Positions 1 through 7,715 of a stretch of DNA of 10,162 nucleotides are shown in pieces. Position numbers and translations under genes: made by a program. This DNA comes from a virus. The notes beneath the pieces were generated by a model. It saw nothing but the letters and a program-made list of their open reading frames with translations, did no database searches and was not told the origin of the DNA. Where the stretch lies: the UHGV virus genome UHGV-0247313; one strand, given 5' to 3'. The first letter of the stretch is position 1; each line of letters opens with the position of its first letter.

Positions 1-241
1 TGATGGCATCGGGCTGGTTATCCCGCAGCCACAGCAAAACCGGGGCCATCAGCAGATTCTGGTCGCCGCTGAAATCCTCAATCACCGCGTTCAGGGTGTA
101 ACGGTACTCCCACGACATGGAGCTGGCCCCCGTGGCAACCAGCGAACCGTTATCCACAAACAGATGCAGTTTGTCCGGGTTATTGCGGACATAAGGCACC
201 GCTTTATTGAGGGCGTGGCGCAGGGATTGTGGTTTGTTCAC
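1..241 (-). CDS. R: Tail completion protein gpR-like, 5' part only (runs off the left edge)
   Basis: Minus-strand frame open from a GTG at 241..239, preceded by AGGAG 7 nt upstream, to position 1. Translation VNKPQSLRHALNKAVPYVRNNPDKLHLFVDNGSLVATGASS...LLWLRDNQPDAI resembles P2 gpR as I recall it. It overlaps the lysC 3' end, as in P2. Not in the ORF track because it has no stop in the window. Confidence 0.6.
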   Translation of the reverse strand, partial: MNKPQSLRHALNKAVPYVRNNPDKLHLFVDNGSLVATGASSMSWEYRYTLNAVIEDFSGDQNLLMAPVLLWLRDNQPDAI

Positions 242-494
242 TGTTTCGCTCCTGACACGCAATAATCATGTCCACTTTGTCTGCACAGACCGCCCAGGCG
301 GCCTCCGTTTCATCCAGCAACGCGTTCAGATCACCGTTAGTGCGCGGCGTTGCCTGATCCAGCCGACACGGCGTCACTCGCGGACAACCACTGACGGTAA
401 GCTGTACCTCCGGTGAGTGCCGGACGTTCCCGCAGCCGGATAATGTCAGCAGGCAAAGGAGTATCAGCCCAGCGGCGTAAATCCTCGTTCTCAC
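204..494 (-). CDS. lysC: o-spanin (Rz1-like outer-membrane lipoprotein), LysC-like
   Basis: 96 aa with a lipoprotein signal and lipobox (LLTLSGC). Starts inside lysB in another frame, the typical spanin arrangement. Confidence 0.8.
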   Translation of the reverse strand: MRTRIYAAGLILLCLLTLSGCGNVRHSPEVQLTVSGCPRVTPCRLDQATPRTNGDLNALLDETEAAWAVCADKVDMIIACQERNSEQTTIPAPRPQ

Positions 495-765
495 GTTTCA
501 GTTCCTCGATCCGGTGTTGTCGTTGTCTCAGCAGTGCACTGGTCTGTTCTGCTTCGGCATAGAGCCGCGCCTGCTCCCGGTTATTGGTTTCAGTCAGAAT
601 GGACAGGCTGATAAGCTGGCTGTTTTTCTTCGTCAGTTCCTGCGCTTTACTTTTCAGCGCCGCGCGCTGCGTTTCGATGGTGTGGCTGGCGCTGTTAAGC
701 CGCCACGACTGCCAGCCCAGCGCAACGAGTGCCAGCGCCACCACTACTGCCAGCGCACGCGTCAT
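337..765 (-). CDS. lysB: i-spanin (Rz-like), LysB-like
   Basis: 142 aa with an N-terminal transmembrane helix (ALAVVVALALVALGW) and a charged coiled-coil-like remainder. AAGGAG lies 8 nt upstream of the ATG at 765. Contains the embedded lysC. Confidence 0.8.
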   Translation of the reverse strand: MTRALAVVVALALVALGWQSWRLNSASHTIETQRAALKSKAQELTKKNSQLISLSILTETNNREQARLYAEAEQTSALLRQRQHRIEELKRENEDLRRWADTPLPADIIRLRERPALTGGTAYRQWLSASDAVSAGSGNAAH

Positions 766-925
766 AGTCCAGCTCCTTTAAGGCACCAGGCCATCTCCCG
801 CGCACGGCGGTTATCCAGCCCCTGATTAAACACACCTTTTACATAAACCCAGCGCGGCAACTGTCGGCACGCATCTGCCCAGCGCCGCTGATTGAGCAAT
901 TTCACCAGTGTGGAACTACAGGCAT
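766..925 (-). pseudogene. 3' remnant of an upstream lysis-module gene (lysA position), left by a deletion
   Basis: A minus-strand frame stays open through ...RRWADACRQLPRWVYVKGVFNQGLDNRRAREMAWCLKELDY* and stops 1 nt past the lysB start. It has no plausible start and abuts the O 3' end. Confidence 0.3.
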
Positions 926-1654
926 TGCCCGTTGCTGCTTCTGCAGAGCAGACTCCAGTTCAGACAGGCGTTCTTCCTGCTCAGACAGAGATTTTTCGGT
1001 TCGCGCGCTCAGGTTTTGCTGCTCAGTGGCGACCAGCTCCACGGCCTTATGCACATCAGAGAACCGGGCGTCATCGGACTGCTCTTTTTTGGTGAACAGC
1101 GCCGTGACGCGGGAAAACAGGGACGGTTTGTCGTCCTGGACTTCCTCCAGTTCGATCACCGTTTCCTCTGCAGCGGTAAAGAGATTGGCAGGATTCTGCT
1201 TGCGGTTTGCCAGCGGGTTATGGGCTGCACTGGCGCTGAATGTCAGCATTTCAGTGCCCAGACTGGCAGGGTCATCAGTGGCAGCCAGGCCGACCAGGTA
1301 GGCTTTGCCCGTATCAGCGAACTTCGGGCTGACTTCCATAGAGGTGAATAATTTCTGGCCTTTTTTCACCAGTTCCACCAGGGACTCCGTTGGCTCAACG
1401 TCGGCATACAGCGCCATCTTGCCTGCCAGCGGACCTTCCGTGATTTCCTCAGCAAACAGCGCCGTCACCTTGCCGTAGCGGTTAAAGGTGCTGTCCGGCA
1501 GATAAGACTTGATGTGCTCAAGGTTAATCAGCGCGGTATACACCGCCGGGTTGTAGCTGGCTGCCATCTGTTCCAGCCATTCACGCTGGATTTCGCGTCC
1601 GTCGGTGGTGGCACCTTCCACCCCGATGCGAAAACGCTTTGCTTTCACTGTCAT
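902..1654 (-). CDS. O: Capsid scaffolding protein gpO-like, probably 3'-truncated with a junction-derived C-terminus
   Basis: 250 aa. FRIGVEGATTDGREI...INLEHI...YLVGLAATDDPASLGTE...SDDARFSDVHKAVE matches the P2 gpO family. GGAG lies 8 nt upstream of the ATG. Shorter than P2 gpO as I recall it (about 284 aa); the last residues (RAMPVVPHW) look junction-derived. Confidence 0.85.
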   Translation of the reverse strand: MTVKAKRFRIGVEGATTDGREIQREWLEQMAASYNPAVYTALINLEHIKSYLPDSTFNRYGKVTALFAEEITEGPLAGKMALYADVEPTESLVELVKKGQKLFTSMEVSPKFADTGKAYLVGLAATDDPASLGTEMLTFSASAAHNPLANRKQNPANLFTAAEETVIELEEVQDDKPSLFSRVTALFTKKEQSDDARFSDVHKAVELVATEQQNLSARTEKSLSEQEERLSELESALQKQQRAMPVVPHW

Positions 1655-1732
1655 GAGCCGTGCTCCGTTAAAAAAAACTTACTGGAGCCTTATGGTTGCG
1701 GTGATGGGGGTAGTGAAACAATGCGCGGTATT

Positions 1733-1750
1733 TGTACCGACAACCACACA
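1733..1750. promoter_or_regulatory. Candidate Ogr/Delta-type late-activator site (TGT-N12-ACA) in the divergent O/P late promoter region
   Basis: TGTaccgacaaccacACA in the 142-bp O-P intergenic region. P2 late promoters carry TGT-N12-ACA dyads centred near -55. Confidence 0.4.
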
Positions 1751-1796
1751 AACCGCAGGCGGGGAAAGCCTTCATTCAAGGCTGTAGGTTTGTGCC

Positions 1797-3563
1797 ATGA
1801 ACACCACACTGACACCCGCAGATCTCGATCCCCGTCGGCAGGCCATGCTGCTGTACTTTCAGGGATACCGCGTAGCCCGCATTGCTGAAATGCTGGGCGA
1901 GAAAGTTGCAACCGTTCACAGCTGGAAAAAACGCGACAAGTGGGGTGACTATGGGCCGCTGGATCAGATGCAGCTCACCACCGCCGCACGCTACTGCCAG
2001 CTCATTATGAAGGAGCACAAAGAAGGGAAAGATTTCAAAGAGATTGACCTGCTGGCGCGCCAGTCGGAGCGCCATGCGCGGATCGGCAAGTTTAACAATG
2101 GCGGCAACGAAGCCGACTTAAACCCTAACGTCGCCAACCGCAACAAAGGCCCGCGTCGTCAGCCGGAAAAGAACGTTTTCACCGATGAACAGATTGAGAA
2201 GCTGGAAGAAATCTTCCATTCCTCCATGTTCAACTACCAGCGCCACTGGTGGGAAGCCGGAAAAACCAACCGCATCCGCAACCTGCTGAAGTCACGCCAG
2301 ATCGGCGCGACCTTCTATTTTGCCCGTGAAGCCCTGATTGACGCCCTGCTAACCGGGCGTAACCAGATTTTCCTTTCCGCCAGCAAGGCACAGGCCCACG
2401 TCTTTAAGCAGTACATCATCGACTTCGCCAAAGAAGTGGAGGTGGAGCTGAAAGGCGATCCGATAGTGCTTCCTAACGGGGCCACGCTGTACTTCCTCGG
2501 CACCAATGCCCGCACGGCCCAGAGTTACCACGGCAACCTGTATCTGGATGAATATTTCTGGATACCGAAATTCCAAGAGCTGCGCAAAGTGGCTTCCGGT
2601 ATGGCTATTCACAAAAAATGGCGACAAACCTATTTTTCCACGCCATCCAGCCTGACACACAGTGCTTATCCGTTCTGGTCCGGTGCGCTGTTCAACCGTG
2701 GGCGCAACAAAGCCGACAAGGTGGACATCGACCTGTCCCACAGCAATCTGGCCCCCGGCCTGCTGTGCACAGACGGGCAATACCGCCAGATAGTCACCGT
2801 GGAAGATGCGGTGCGCGGCGGCTGTAACCTGTTCGACCTCGACCAGCTACGCATGGAGTACAGCCCGGACGAATACCAGAACCTGCTGATGTGCGAGTTC
2901 GTGGACGATCTCGCGTCCGTGTTCCCGCTCAGCGAGCTGCAAGCGTGCATGGTGGACAGTTGGGAAATCTGGACCGACTTTCATGCACTGGCCCTGCGCC
3001 CGTTTGGCTGGCGCGAAGTGTGGATCGGTTATGACCCGGCAAAAGGTACGCAGAACGGCGACAGTGCCGGATGCGTGGTGGTGGCACCGCCAGCCGTGCC
3101 GGGTGGTAAGTTCCGCATTCTTGAGCGTCACCAGTGGCGCGGGATGGACTTCCGCGCCCAGGCTGACGCCATCAAAAAACTGACCGAGCAGTACAACGTG
3201 ACCTACATCGGCATCGACTCGACAGGTGTCGGCCACGGGGTTTACGAGAACGTGAAAGCGTTTTTTCCAGCCGTCCGGGAGTTTGTCTACAACCCCAACG
3301 TTAAAAACGCCCTGGTACTCAAGGCCTACGACATTATCAGTCACCGTCGTCTGGAGTTTGACGCCGGACACACCGACATAGCGCAGTCATTTATGGCAAT
3401 CCGTCGCGCCACCACCGCCAGCGGCAACCGCCCAACCTATGAAGCCAGCCGCAGCGAAGAAGCCAGCCATGCCGATCTGGCCTGGGCAACAATGCACGCA
3501 CTGTTTAACGAACCGCTGCAGGGCGAGTCCGCCAATACCAGCAATATTGTGGAGATTTTTTGA
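1797..3563 (+). CDS. P: Terminase large (ATPase) subunit gpP-like
   Basis: 588 aa, the size and family of P2 gpP. Divergent from O. Its stop overlaps the portal start (TGATG). Confidence 0.9.
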   Translation: MNTTLTPADLDPRRQAMLLYFQGYRVARIAEMLGEKVATVHSWKKRDKWGDYGPLDQMQLTTAARYCQLIMKEHKEGKDFKEIDLLARQSERHARIGKFNNGGNEADLNPNVANRNKGPRRQPEKNVFTDEQIEKLEEIFHSSMFNYQRHWWEAGKTNRIRNLLKSRQIGATFYFAREALIDALLTGRNQIFLSASKAQAHVFKQYIIDFAKEVEVELKGDPIVLPNGATLYFLGTNARTAQSYHGNLYLDEYFWIPKFQELRKVASGMAIHKKWRQTYFSTPSSLTHSAYPFWSGALFNRGRNKADKVDIDLSHSNLAPGLLCTDGQYRQIVTVEDAVRGGCNLFDLDQLRMEYSPDEYQNLLMCEFVDDLASVFPLSELQACMVDSWEIWTDFHALALRPFGWREVWIGYDPAKGTQNGDSAGCVVVAPPAVPGGKFRILERHQWRGMDFRAQADAIKKLTEQYNVTYIGIDSTGVGHGVYENVKAFFPAVREFVYNPNVKNALVLKAYDIISHRRLEFDAGHTDIAQSFMAIRRATTASGNRPTYEASRSEEASHADLAWATMHALFNEPLQGESANTSNIVEIF

Positions 3564-3979
3564 TGGGAAAGAGTAAGAAAAACCGCGCTGCGGCGACGAA
3601 CCAGATCCAGCATAAAAACCAAACTTCAGCCGAAGCATTCAGCTTCGGTGATCCCGTTCCTGTTCTGGACCGCCGCGAATTACTGGACTATGTGGAATGC
3701 GTAAAGATGGACCGCTGGTATGAGCCACCCGTAAGTTTTGACGGACTGGCGCGAACATTCCGCGCCGCCGTACACCACAGTTCACCGATTGCAGTAAAGT
3801 GCAACATTCTGACCAGCACCTACATCCCTCACCCGCTGCTCAGCCAGCAGGCGTTTTCACGTTTTGTGCAGGACTATCTGGTTTTTGGTAACGCCTACCT
3901 GGAGAAACGCACGAACCGATTCGGTGAAGTTATCGCCCTTGAGCCTGCGCTGGCAAAATACACCCGACGCGGATTAGAC

Positions 3980-4030
3980 GAACAGCGTGGCGGACTCGTT
4001 GAGCAGGGCGGATGGGATGGCAGAAAGATA
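3980..4030. repeat. Inverted-repeat arm, exact reverse complement of 4161..4211 (51 bp)
   Basis: Base-by-base comparison. A further 9-bp pair is 3971..3979 ggattagac and 4151..4159 gtctaatcc. Confidence 0.95.
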
Positions 4031-4160
4031 GCCGGGCAGGCCGTAGATCTCCTGGTTGATGTCCGGTTCCATCAGATGAAAAATGCTGCCTTTCGTGAAC
4101 TGATACGGCTGCGTGGTCATGCCGTATTGCACAAACCAGTAGGTATCTAGGTCTAATCCC

Positions 4161-4211
4161 TATCTTTCTGCCATCCCATCCGCCCTGCTCAACGAGTCCG
4201 CCACGCTGTTC
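4161..4211. repeat. Inverted-repeat arm in native orientation, partner of 3980..4030
   Basis: Encodes in-frame native portal sequence YLSAIPSALLNESATLF. Confidence 0.95.
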
Positions 4212-4657
4212 CGCCGAAAGTATTACATTAACGGTAGTCATGCAGGCTTCATCATGTACATGACCGATGCCGCGCAGAACCAGGAAGATGTGAACAACCT
4301 CCGCAATGCGATGAAAAGTGCCAAAGGCCCTGGCAACTTCCGCAACCTGTTTATGTACTCGCCTAATGGTAAAAAAGACGGACTTCAGATTATCCCGTTG
4401 TCAGAAGTCACAGCGAAGGATGAGTTTCTGAATATCAAGAACGTGAGCCGTGATGACATGATGGCGGCACACCGCGTGCCGCCGCAAATGATGGGAATTA
4501 TGCCTAATAATGTCGGGGGGTTTGGGGATGTGGAGAAGGCTAGCAAGGTATTCGTAAGAAACGAATTGATGCCCCTGCAGAAACGATTGCAGGAACTAAA
4601 TAACTGGTTGGACGAAGAAGTGCTCAATTTTTCAACCTATGAGCTTTAGTTTTAAAA

Positions 4658-4685
4658 CGAAGACCATTAGGTCTTCGCTTTATTT
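4658..4685. terminator. Bidirectional intrinsic terminator between convergent Q and the retron RT gene
   Basis: 8-bp stem cgaagacc/ggtcttcg with loop atta. T-rich tracts on both sides (ctttattt on plus; ttttaaa on minus). The RT stop codon sits in the loop. Confidence 0.6.
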
Positions 4686-5629
4686 AAAGGGTTCTTTCCA
4701 TATTTTTTTTCTAATTTGCTAATATAAGTTATTAATCTCCTATGGCTTTTTGAATCCACACTTAAAATAAATGACAACCATCCCCTAACGTGTTCTATCT
4801 CAGAAGACTTACCGCAAAATATATGATGTATCTTTGCTCTAATTTCTTTATATTTTTCTCTACCTATCCCAACTTTCTCTTGTGAAATAACTAAACCTGT
4901 AACTTTCCTCTGACTACGAGGCCCACTAATACAAGTTTTTTTTGAGTTAATAACCAATCCTTCACTTGGGATTATAGAAAATAAAAAATCACGTGCTTTA
5001 ACAACCTTTTTCATAGACTGTGCAGATAAGGTGAGATCATCGGCATATCTCGTATATATCAAGCCCCGACTACCTGCATAACCCTGAATACGATAATCAA
5101 GTTTAGAACATATTAGATTAGCTAATTTAGGTGATGATGGAGCACCTTGTGGTAGCAGATTTTTATAACAACATATTTTTGTCAAAACTGAAGATATTAG
5201 TCGATTATAACCAAGAGAATGGAACACTCCAAAAACTTTGTTAGCAGTTAAACTTGGGAAAAAATCCTCCAAATCAATATTCAGTATAAAGTTTGCCCCA
5301 ATATGCGGGGTAGCATTATTCAAAATAGATTGGTGCTTTTCAAATCCAATAGAAAAAGGAGATGACGACAGTTTATCTAAAATGTTACGTAGAACCCATC
5401 CTTGTAAGGCTTTAAGTTCTCGAGAAGGTTGGTAAATGGTTCTCATTCTCTTCTCTGGGCCTTTCTTTTCTACAGTGTAGATCCTATAGCGAAAATCAGC
5501 TGTATAGATTAACAACCGAAGTGTTTCAACAGATATGCGAGTCGCCTTAGACATGTCATGCAAATTGTTCATGACAGGTAGGCCGAGATTTCTCAATCTA
5601 AAAGTGTTCAAATATTCAGCGGATTTCAT
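4667..5629 (-). CDS. ret: Retron reverse transcriptase, Retron-Eco1 (Ec86)-type
   Basis: 320 aa with RT motifs: NIDLEDFFPS (motif A), LPQGAPSSPKLANL (motif B), YADD (motif C). Directly downstream of the msr-msd element. AT-rich unlike the flanking phage genes. Confidence 0.95.
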   Translation of the reverse strand: MKSAEYLNTFRLRNLGLPVMNNLHDMSKATRISVETLRLLIYTADFRYRIYTVEKKGPEKRMRTIYQPSRELKALQGWVLRNILDKLSSSPFSIGFEKHQSILNNATPHIGANFILNIDLEDFFPSLTANKVFGVFHSLGYNRLISSVLTKICCYKNLLPQGAPSSPKLANLICSKLDYRIQGYAGSRGLIYTRYADDLTLSAQSMKKVVKARDFLFSIIPSEGLVINSKKTCISGPRSQRKVTGLVISQEKVGIGREKYKEIRAKIHHIFCGKSSEIEHVRGWLSFILSVDSKSHRRLITYISKLEKKYGKNPLNKAKT

Positions 5630-5635
5630 GAAAGT

Positions 5636-5804
5636 TGCGCACCCTTACGTCAGAAAAAACGGGTTTCCTGGTTGGCTCGGAGAGCATCAGGCGATGCTCT
5701 CCGTTCCAACAAGGAAAACAGACAGTAACTCAGATTCAATGCAGGATGCCGAAACAACATCCAGAGGTTGACCTTAATGATAAACCTCTCGCTAAGGGTG
5801 CGCA
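5636..5804 (-). ncRNA. msr-msd: Retron msr-msd non-coding RNA (msDNA template), Ec86-type
   Basis: Flanked by 12-bp inverted repeats: tgcgcaccctta at 5636..5647 and taagggtgcgca at 5793..5804. Internal 10-bp perfect msd stem ggagagcatc/gatgctctcc at 5679..5702. Lies immediately upstream of the RT start. Matches the Ec86 msr-msd as I recall it. Confidence 0.85.
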
Positions 5805-6715
5805 TACGGAATCTTATCATAGTTAAATGTTGATTTTCTACGGTTTTCAAAATTCATAATCTCAAGCCGCAATCGGTCAAGTGTCTTTCTATCAAAGACG
5901 CTCCTAACATAGCTAGCCCCCAAAGCAGTGACCTGATAACCATCAGTCATTTGAAGTATTTTTCGTTCATTTATTAGACGAGAAACAACGGATCTAACAA
6001 TAATTTTAGATAAAACATCATCTTGCTTTATCGCTTTAAAAGCTAGTTCACACAGTGTGCGGTAGTTGACACTATCCAGTAAATAGATACAAGGCAATAG
6101 AAACCGCTCTGCGTATAATATATTTCCAATATCTTTTGATACTTTATTTTCTTTCCTAACCTTCTTAATAGATGCCATTAATTTTTTATATAATCGTAAT
6201 TTTCTGGCAACATCAATAGATGAATCACACATTTCTTTTAGTTCATTTGAACTACAACGCAAAACAGATTTTGAATTAAACTTACGCAACAGGCGAACAG
6301 GACCATAGTTAATAAAGCTACGTTTTGATTTAAATTTTGCATCTTGAATGCAAATCAACTTTCTCCTTAAGTTTTCATTATTAGAGAACGCACCAAGCTC
6401 TGTGAAAGACCCCGGACTTTCAGGAAATAAAATTATTACATCGACAGCTTCAGCCAGAATATTTTCTAAACTTAAAAGGCTATGCTGCCCTTGACCAGCC
6501 AAAAGATCATCAAATAGATCTTCTGGATAAAATATATCAACATCACTGAACTTTGCTAAAAATTGTGATAATTGATGACGCCAAGATTGATGATTAGCAA
6601 CGTCACCACCACATAGAAAAATGGTTATTTTAATATTAGCTCCTCGATAGAAGCCTTTCTTTGTGAGATGTCCTATAAGCTGTTGTTGCTGCTCATCGGT
6701 AAATTTTTTATTCAT
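5792..6715 (-). CDS. Retron effector: nucleoside deoxyribosyltransferase-like (NDT-like) N-terminal domain with a C-terminal putative DNA-binding domain
   Basis: 307 aa. N-terminal Rossmann-like motifs (ITIFLCGGD; VIILFPESPGSFTELGA). Upstream of and overlapping the msr a1 repeat. Same AT-rich composition as the RT gene. Confidence 0.8.
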   Translation of the reverse strand: MNKKFTDEQQQQLIGHLTKKGFYRGANIKITIFLCGGDVANHQSWRHQLSQFLAKFSDVDIFYPEDLFDDLLAGQGQHSLLSLENILAEAVDVIILFPESPGSFTELGAFSNNENLRRKLICIQDAKFKSKRSFINYGPVRLLRKFNSKSVLRCSSNELKEMCDSSIDVARKLRLYKKLMASIKKVRKENKVSKDIGNILYAERFLLPCIYLLDSVNYRTLCELAFKAIKQDDVLSKIIVRSVVSRLINERKILQMTDGYQVTALGASYVRSVFDRKTLDRLRLEIMNFENRRKSTFNYDKIPYAHP

Positions 6716-7187
6716 AATCTCCCCGCTTTTTTTTCTACTTTATACATCAAGTTATGAATAGATCCAATCTCCATACCACATGGCGCGCGCTCGTATCCCC
6801 GCCACGCCTGCCCGCTTTATGCAGTGGTTTTCATGCACATGCATAACATGAGCAAAAGCCCGCCAGTTCTGGCGGATCTGAGCAAAGACGATCCTCAATC
6901 GATCATGCGATTTCATGCAGCATAGTCATGCACTGTCAAGGAAGTGAAAATCCGTATCTGAATGGCCACTTGAAAAACGGATCATACGGGTTTACAAAGA
7001 TGAATGTTCGCTGTGAACGGGAAGCGGAAGTTAACTTTCAGATAACATAATCCATATGCACGAGAACCTCTAAAATAGAATGGGACACCTAAGCGGGGTA
7101 CTTACAACGATTCTTTCCATATTCACAGTTAACACTCTGTTTGGCGTATTTTTATTCAAATAGCAAACACCAATAAAAGGAGTTTCC

Positions 7188-7523
7188 ATGAACAATATTC
7201 CCCCTATACCACAGTTAGGAATTTATGTCTCAAAAATCGATCCCACCCTACGTATCACTGTAACCGATGTTGATATTGTTGATGGTGAGGATGATTCTCC
7301 TGATGATGAATTGTTTTATTTAGTCCACTGGATCGAGGGGGAAGATGAAAGTGATATGACAGCAATGGGATTTGAGCTAGACCCAGTAGAGTGGCAGGCT
7401 TTCGTTGAATCTGAGCAATTAGTGTTTGAGCGTGATCCGTACATGGATTCAATCCCCGAAAATTCAAACTTGGCAAAGATTCGGGATTTTCTCATGAAGA
7501 CTAAACAGAATGATCATTCGTAA
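7188..7523 (+). CDS. Hypothetical small, strongly acidic protein (111 aa)
   Basis: AAGGAG lies 7 nt upstream of the ATG. About 26 Asp+Glu against about 8 Lys+Arg by manual count. No family recognised. Confidence 0.6.
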   Translation: MNNIPPIPQLGIYVSKIDPTLRITVTDVDIVDGEDDSPDDELFYLVHWIEGEDESDMTAMGFELDPVEWQAFVESEQLVFERDPYMDSIPENSNLAKIRDFLMKTKQNDHS

Positions 7524-7677
7524 GTGTAAGCATCCATCAGGAAAATGGTTTTGTAAGTGAATCATCAACTTTTAGAGAGTCTCAGACACTCCCACTTCTG
7601 CTTCTGACACAAAGCGGACGATCACTTATCAAAATAACCGCCCACCTTACGCCTTATTTCACTCATTGCCCAAACTA

Positions 7678-7707
7678 GCCCCCATCAGAATGAATCCTCC
7701 TGGGGGC
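7678..7707. terminator. Possible weak hairpin terminator downstream of the DinI-like gene
   Basis: 7-bp stem gccccca/tgggggc with a 16-nt loop. Weak T-tracts on both sides. Confidence 0.2.
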
Positions 7708-7715
7708 AACATTTC

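Larger units (their letters stand above)
3563..4649 (+). pseudogene. Q: Portal protein gpQ-like, disrupted by an internal 180-bp inverted duplication
   Basis: The track ORFs 3560..4150 and 4254..4649 are the N- and C-terminal portal fragments. The fragment 3563..3979 (..ALEPALAKYTRRGLD) and the stretch from 4161 (YLSAIPSALLNESATLFRRKYYINGSHAGFIMYMTD...) are colinear with P2 gpQ. 3980..4159 is an inverted copy whose reverse complement encodes the missing middle (LDTYWFVQYGMTTQPYQFTKGSIFHLMEPDINQEIYGLPG). Confidence 0.85.

Noticed and set aside
908-1351. Plus-strand ORFs 908..1351, 892..1095 and 1026..1301 inside the O gene region
   Set aside because: They are antisense to a well-supported gpO-like CDS, have no ribosome-binding site, and have biased low-complexity composition typical of GC-rich antisense frames.
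1514-2075. ORFs 1514..1888, 1605..1787, 1690..1911 and 1776..2075 around the O/P divergent region
   Set aside because: They overlap the O and P starts and the promoter region in the wrong frames or strands. Cys/His/Arg-rich translations look like frame artifacts.
2315-3638. Minus-strand ORFs within and just past P (2315..2515, 2349..2780, 2666..2950, 2847..3371, 3387..3638, 3437..3622) and plus-strand 2618..2827, 2983..3183
   Set aside because: Antisense or out-of-frame relative to the terminase and portal genes, with no start-site support.
3930-4241. Minus-strand 103-aa ORF spanning the portal inverted duplication
   Set aside because: It is created by the inverted portal fragment being read in sense plus junction sequence. 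It is a by-product of the rearrangement, not an independent gene.
4385-4627. Minus-strand 80-aa ORF within the portal 3' fragment
   Set aside because: Antisense to a conserved portal coding region.
5238-5850. ORFs 5238..5435, 5535..5771, 5635..5826 and 5650..5850 across the RT 5' region and the msr-msd locus
   Set aside because: This interval is explained by the RT CDS and the structured retron ncRNA. The ORFs overlap the inverted repeats and stem-loops and lack start-site support.
6859-6880. Hairpin ccgcca/tggcgg followed on the minus strand by gcttttgc
   Set aside because: Short stem, only four Ts, and no upstream minus-strand gene nearby that it would terminate. Possibly a weak terminator or structural element, not confidently callable.
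7255-7476. Minus-strand 73-aa ORF antisense to the acidic ORF
   Set aside because: His/Gln-rich antisense frame inside a better-supported plus-strand CDS that has a strong ribosome-binding site.
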